A stretch of 38,096 nucleotides of DNA from Intoshia linei (lineage: Eukaryota; Animalia; Orthonectida): NCBI GenBank assembly GCA_001642005.1, contig LWCA01000232.1, positions 1 through 38,096 on the forward strand, given 5' to 3'. The first letter of the stretch is position 1, and each line of letters begins with the position of its first letter. A model generated the notes under the pieces. That model searched no databases and had not been told where the DNA came from. It was given only the letters and a program-made list of their open reading frames with translations. The position numbers and the translations under genes were made by a program. Below, one piece after another: positions 32,353 through 38,096 of this stretch.

Positions 32353-35300
32353 ATGAAAATTTTAATTTTATGTTTAATTTTATCAAGTTTAAACTATTAT
32401 AAAACATCTCAAGTTAAGACTGTATACGTTATACCACACAGCCATGATGATGTTGGATGGATTAGAACAATTGATAGTTATTATTATGGAGGTAATCTAC
32501 TCTACATACATGTATATTGGAGTGATTTAAAAACCTGTTAATTATCCAAATGGAGAATGTACTACATGTATTTAGATTTTAAAAGTCACGATCATAATAA
32601 TTGAGATTCGTATATTCTGTAGTATACAATTTTGATATAACACACTCGCGACATCTAACTGATAAAGTGGTTATAGTCATATAAATGTATTCTACGTGGC
32701 TAGAGATCGAATCCCGATTTTGACCTCTTTTTATTTTAGATGAACTTATCAGAGTTCCACTCTTCCAATCGTTAGAGATGATACAGTTATATTATGTATT
32801 TAGTTGATAAAGATAAGAAAAATGTTGGTGTAAAATACATCTTAAACTCGATTTACAGAGAATTACAGCTTAATGAAGATTTTAAGTTTATATACAGCGA
32901 AATGGCGTTTTTTACTAAATGGTGGAATGAACAAACAAGTCTTACAAAGGAAAATGTTAAAAAATTAGTTAAACAGAGTTTTATTTATATTTACTCTATT
33001 GTATTTAATTTAGGAAGGCTACAATTTGTTGGAGGAGGATATGTTATGAATGATGAAGCTACAACTTATTATTCAGATATTATTGATCAAATGACTCTGG
33101 GTCATGAATTCATTAAAAACACGTTTGGAGTTGAAGCTGTACCTACAATTGCTTGGCAGATTGATCCATTTGGACATTCTGTTTCGTCTATAGAAATATT
33201 TGCTGGGGTAATTTAAAAATAATGATATACGCATGCTGAGGTAGCAATATTTACTAAAAATTTTACAATTTTATGGATGGGTAGTATTAACTGGGTGTAT
33301 TTTTAAAATAGAAACACTATAACACAATCAAAAACAAGTGAAGACACTTCTCCGAATAGCGTTTATCATTTTAACATACATCATTAAAATATTACTTTTT
33401 TGCATTATTTTTGCAACAGTATTAATTTAGATGAAAATGGACCACTTGATATTGTATAGAATACCAAAATATTTTGAAATGCTACTATCCCAACAAAACA
33501 TCATCGATTTCCTTTGGAAATCCAAAGGTACTTAGATCCATGTGTTTGATGAATCAATGCATCAATAATTCTTTGATCATACTTGTTAATTAATTTTTAA
33601 TGTTATACAATTCTATGTTATGCATAATATGCATGTTATATTAGTTTTATCCATCTTTTTTCTATGTCTTTGTGGTAAGAAGCAGACGGTGGAGAGGGGC
33701 CATGAGCCATACGGCTCGGCCTACAATCATGAGGGCCTACGGCTGGCTCTCTAAGTCATGCTAACAAGTGATACGAAAACAAATGTAGTATTGACACAAT
33801 TCTACTACTATGGCACCGGAAAATTGATTAAAAACATTTATTCGGGTTAGCCATAACAGCCAAATATACAACACTAAGTTGACTGTTACAATTCCTTTGG
33901 TGGTTGCCCATGTTTTGTGTATCATTTTGTTCTTTAAATTCATTTATAACTAATTTATTTTGGTTTTTACGAAATTCTAATTAAAGTAAGTTTATAATAA
34001 ACTTTATGTATAGTTTTTGGGTTAATTATGGGGAATTCAAACATCATTAAAAACAAAATAAATAAGCTAGAAATGAATTTAAAAAAAAGGTACACAAGGC
34101 ATGATAAACACATCAAAGGAATTACCCACATAATTATTTATAGAAACAAAATTAAAGCTGTTTATATATAAAATAAAGTTATATTTTAAATTTATTCTAA
34201 GAATTTTGTATGAATTGCAATAATTACATTTGACTCAAATGATTTGAGGGGGTAAATATTAACCGATTTCATTTTTTTGGATGATAAATACTTAACATCA
34301 AAAAAGGCATTCACATGCAAAATGGGTTTTTAATAAAAAAAAACATCAAAAGTGATCAAGTTCAAAAGTGTGAACACCTTATTACACATATAAATGTAAA
34401 AATATATATGTTAAAAATAATTTAGTTTCAAATCAATCAATAATTACTCATTATTTAACTGAAAAATATAGCCAACCAAGCGAGTTGGATTTCTTTGTCA
34501 AAGCACCAATTGTGGTAAATATTGAAATTAATTAATCATAATAACGAATGGAGATTACGTTATATGCTAATATTCTAATAGTCATCATAATATTATGCTT
34601 GATTAATACATAATATTGTAAACTAAGTCCTCATTGAATATTGAAACTACTTTCATAAATAAATTGAAATTTTAAATATATGGGAATTATATTTATTTTA
34701 ACGGTGGGAACATCAACTCTATAACTCGCCATGTGATTATGACTGTAATATAGAATATTAACATTCTATTCTATAACTCGCCAATACTCCTACTCGCCAT
34801 TAATTTAAAATATACAACTAAAGGTTTTAAAACCATTTTTCAAAATTAATTACGATTCTATATTTTAACTTATATAATATGCGACGCGATTTATGTTTGT
34901 CTGTGTGTGTGTCCTACTTTAATGAAATAACTAGCACTCTTAGAATTTTTCAAAGACCACATTTCAATTACAGTTTTTTCCGGGACATATAATAAGATAA
35001 ATTTCCACATCCCAATTTCACATCTTAAGGGTCAAAAACCCCTGTTATCCCTCTTTTTGAAAATTAAACGAGTTGGATAATTTAAAAAATATATACGCTG
35101 ATGCTGATTTTAAAATTATAAACATTATCATAAATTTAAATTTAAAAAAATTATATCTTCAAACTCAAAACCCCAAATTACCCTTCCTTTTTTTGAAAAC
35201 AGTTCTAGAATTTCAAAAAATTTACAAGTGGTAGAGTTGTATCATGTTAACACACATAAAAAATTTCAATCCGAATAAGTGAACTTCACGGTCAAAAAAG

Positions 35301-37373
35301 CATTTTAATATTCATATATTTTTTTTTCCGAATCATTTTATTAAAACCATAAATGTGAAATAATTAACAGTCCGAAAATTAAAAAAAAGGTTTATTCTGA
35401 TAGAGCTTATTCCAGTTGATATAAATACAAAATTTCAACCCCAGAAATCAACCATTCATGATGAAAAATAATTTTTAATATATTATCAACCAATATTTTT
35501 CAAATATTTCGAATTAAAATAAAAATGAAAATGCAAATTGATCCTACAATTTTAAAAATTAAGTTAAGATGGAATAATTCACATTATAGTAAAAAGTAAT
35601 GTGATATGACGGTTCCACTTGAAATAAGTTTGGGAACTATTGCTTCAAAGGATTGATAATAGTGAATAGTAGGATCTTTAAGTTAGATTTTCTACGTGAA
35701 TTCATTTTTTTGGTAGAATAAAAATTTGCCATCGTCAGAGCTAGGTACTGTTTGTATGTAGTACATAACAGTCAATTTAGTTTATTGATATTATGCATAA
35801 GGTAAGTACATAATTTTTAAATTTTTGTTCATTTTGAAAGCGACCTAATCATTTCACTTAAATATACAGACCGATGGTTTCCAACCTTTTTACAGCTGCG
35901 GCGCACTAATAAGTAATGAAAAATTTGGCGGTGTATCCAATGTGTGAAAAAATTTCCTAGAAAAATCGATTTACAGAAAAATTTGACTGAGTTTTGCTGG
36001 AATAGTCTCAAAAAAAATGTGGACTCAAATGTTTAAGCATTATTAAAATGATTTTCACAAAATTTAAATTTTTTTAATTATACTTAAAATTTCGTGACGC
36101 ACTTAATTTTGTCTAGTGACGCAGTAGAAATTCGCGGCAAATGGTTTGGAAACCCTTGAAATAGACTATTAAATGTATATACTAGGGGTGTGAATTTTTT
36201 CACTTTTTTGCGAAAATACAAAAGTGCCACCCCATAAGTGGAAGATGGGGTTGAATGATACACAATTATCAAAAAATTATATAAGAAGGATTAAAAAAAA
36301 CCCTGTTGCAAAGCACTTCAAAATATGAATAATGAGCAAAATTTAATTTATTTTGTATAGTAAATTTCATAATAATAATAATTTCCATAACAATTAATTT
36401 TCAATTGATATTTTTTTATATTTATTCAGTTTTCTCATTGGAATCGATTTTTTATCAATTCGGCGTTCAAGATTCGCTAGACGATAATTTTGCGCATCTT
36501 TATAGCTATTTGTATAAAAAATTTTATATTTAAAATAATATTTTTAAGAAAATTGTCATATTTTAGTTACTGTGAGCGATATATTGTTCAAAACTTTAGA
36601 GGCGATGCCCCAGGGTTTTTTTTAAGAGTTGAGAGTTAAGATTGGGTGCAAATTGAATTTTTTCAAAATGTTCATATGGTGGAAGGTGCACTTTTGATAT
36701 ATAAATTCGTTCACACCCCTAGTATATACTATATAGTCTATATCCGATTATGGCCCAAAAGGACATACATTGTATCAGGGTGACTAGTACAGTTTTCTTA
36801 GTATTAAATGTTTTGAAAAGTGTTTAAATCAATTCAATAAAATTTAGGATGATCCAAAATCAGATCTCTACAACTTGGATACAAAATTAGAATATTTTAT
36901 CAAACATTGTGATTTGTTAGTAATTTAAATTTTCAATTATATTTTATACCAATCCTGATATGTATATTTCTATTCCAAAATCCCTAATAGATTAGTGATA
37001 ATGTTTGAAAAAATTATCATTTGAGTATATTTTTCTATTTATCGAGTAAATTTAAATAAATTTTGATTATTTACATCAGCTAGGGTTTCCAATCTTCCTT
37101 TAATTGAAGGAAATTCCTGTAATATTTTTATTTTTTGGATTTGCGCATTAGAAATATGAAATTTCCTTTAACTGATTTTATTATAATGTATATTATCCAT
37201 ATTATGAATGTATGCTATACATGTCTGTATTTATGATATGAATTAAAAATATTTAGCTCCAAAAAACAAACTTAGCAAAATCTCCGTTCCCATTTGGAGA
37301 CGATTTCAAATATGAAAATGCAAACATTATTGCTGAAAACATAATAAAACTTGTAAAATATGGGAATGAACAA
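32353..37373 (+). CDS. MAN2B1: GH38 lysosomal alpha-mannosidase, 5' part (continues beyond the window). Exons 32353-32491, 32804-32977, 33014-33207, 33431-33527, 34426-34514, 36848-36919, 37257-37373
   Basis: Signal peptide MKILILCLILSSL; Zn ligands PHSHDDVGW; FIYSEMAFFTKWW; GGGYVMNDEA; nucleophile WQIDPFGHS; DDPKSDLYN; acid/base FGDDFKYENA. Junction phases are consistent. Orthologue versus paralogue of MAN2B1 is not resolved. Confidence 0.9.
34863..35780 (+). mobile_element. Helitron-like family A, near-complete copy with mutated termini, in a mannosidase intron
   Basis: ttttaacttatataatatgcgacgcg... to gagctaggtactgtttgtatgtagtacataacagtcaatttag|t; colinear with 15997-17407 apart from a central deletion. 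Confidence 0.85.
35872..36158. mobile_element. hAT-type MITE, degenerate
   Basis: Ends CGATGGTTTCCAACC / GGTTTGGAAACCCTTG; similar 8-bp flanks atacagac/aaatagac. Confidence 0.65.
36183..36721. mobile_element. hAT-type MITE with perfect TIR and 8-bp TSD
   Basis: TAGGGGTGTGAA / TTCACACCCCTA, with GTATATAC on both sides (36175-36182, 36722-36729). Confidence 0.9.
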
Positions 37374-37792
37374 GTAAATTAACTTTACATGTTACATTAA
37401 ATCATAGTTTTTTACTCTTTTCATTGAGTGTCCCCCATATGATACGGATTAATCAATTTTTGGGTAGCATGGTTTTATATAATTGATTATTTTTTAAATC
37501 ATACTAAGTATTGTCAGAAAAAAATAACAAAATAGGTAAATTTTCTATTTTTGATAAGTGTAATCGTTATGATTCATTTTCTACAGTAACATGATAGTAA
37601 AAAATTTACTTGGTATTTTAAATTTTGCCTGTAACCAAGAATACGGGTAATAATGTCTATTTATATAAAAAAATCTTAAAATCGGTCGGCTTAAAAAATT
37701 GATTGGGAAAATGAAAATTTTATTGATGTAGTAAAAATTGTCCTTTATTATAATAATGTAATTAAATATTAATTAGAACGCATTTGTAAAAG

Positions 37793-37935
37793 TGTCAGTA
37801 TTTTTCTTATTGATTTGTCAGTATTGGTGATGGTTTGTCAGTAGAAACATTGATTTTTCAGTATTGTAGATGGTTTTCAGTATTTTAGGTGCCAATTGAC
37901 AAGAGTCAGTATAAATAATTGATTGTCAGTATTTA
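37793..37935 (+). repeat. Degenerate minisatellite with a TCAGTA core
   Basis: About seven (tg)TCAGTA cores spaced ~19-29 nt apart with variable linkers, plus an inverted actgacaa at ~37961. Confidence 0.7.
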
Positions 37936-38096
37936 AATGGAATGTTCTGTATAAAATGAAACTGACAAAAAATTTTATTTCATAACATATTCTCTGGTGT
38001 GAACACCATAGAATTTTTCTAATTTTTTTGTAATATGGTTTGGTAGGTATAATATGGTATCTTAATATTTTAGTTTTAACTTGGGTCTGTAGTGGA

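Noticed and set aside
32655-32730. tRNA/SINE-like A box (agtggtta) and B box (gatcgaatccc)
   Set aside because: No cloverleaf or acceptor stem could be folded; at most a decayed tRNA-derived repeat.
1-38096. Non-standard genetic code suggested by in-frame TAA/TGA in several tracts
   Set aside because: The intact genes terminate at TGA, TAA and TAG and have no internal stops after splicing; internal stops occur only in frameshifted relics.

Overview
Very AT-rich eukaryotic (almost certainly animal) nuclear DNA. The genes are split by many tiny GT-AG introns (31-54 nt) plus a few kb-scale introns filled with transposon debris, so the ORF track shows only fragments. Six spliced genes were rebuilt by hand with continuous reading frame: (1) a divergent forkhead transcription factor with 30 tandem Q/N-rich hexapeptides (-); (2) a TMEM272-like membrane protein (+); (3-5) three tightly packed same-strand genes on the minus strand, namely ETFDH (14 exons), an RMI1/TDRD3-type OB-fold protein and an unknown 82-aa coiled-coil protein, with stop-to-start gaps of only 94 and 54 nt; (6) the 5' part of a GH38 lysosomal alpha-mannosidase (+). 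The rest holds two related non-autonomous Helitron-like families, several hAT and Tc1/pogo MITEs with intact TIRs/TSDs, decayed Tc1, hAT, MULE and PIF/Harbinger-type transposases, and a possible decayed cadherin-repeat pseudogene. The most notable items are the operon-like trio, a strongly skewed splice-site grammar, the prion-like/solenoid Fox protein with an altered recognition helix, and a Helitron 3' hairpin that includes the terminal CTAG. The style resembles a compact-intron parasitic metazoan (e.g. orthonectid-like), but that is unverified inference. All family assignments come from motif recognition, not database searches.
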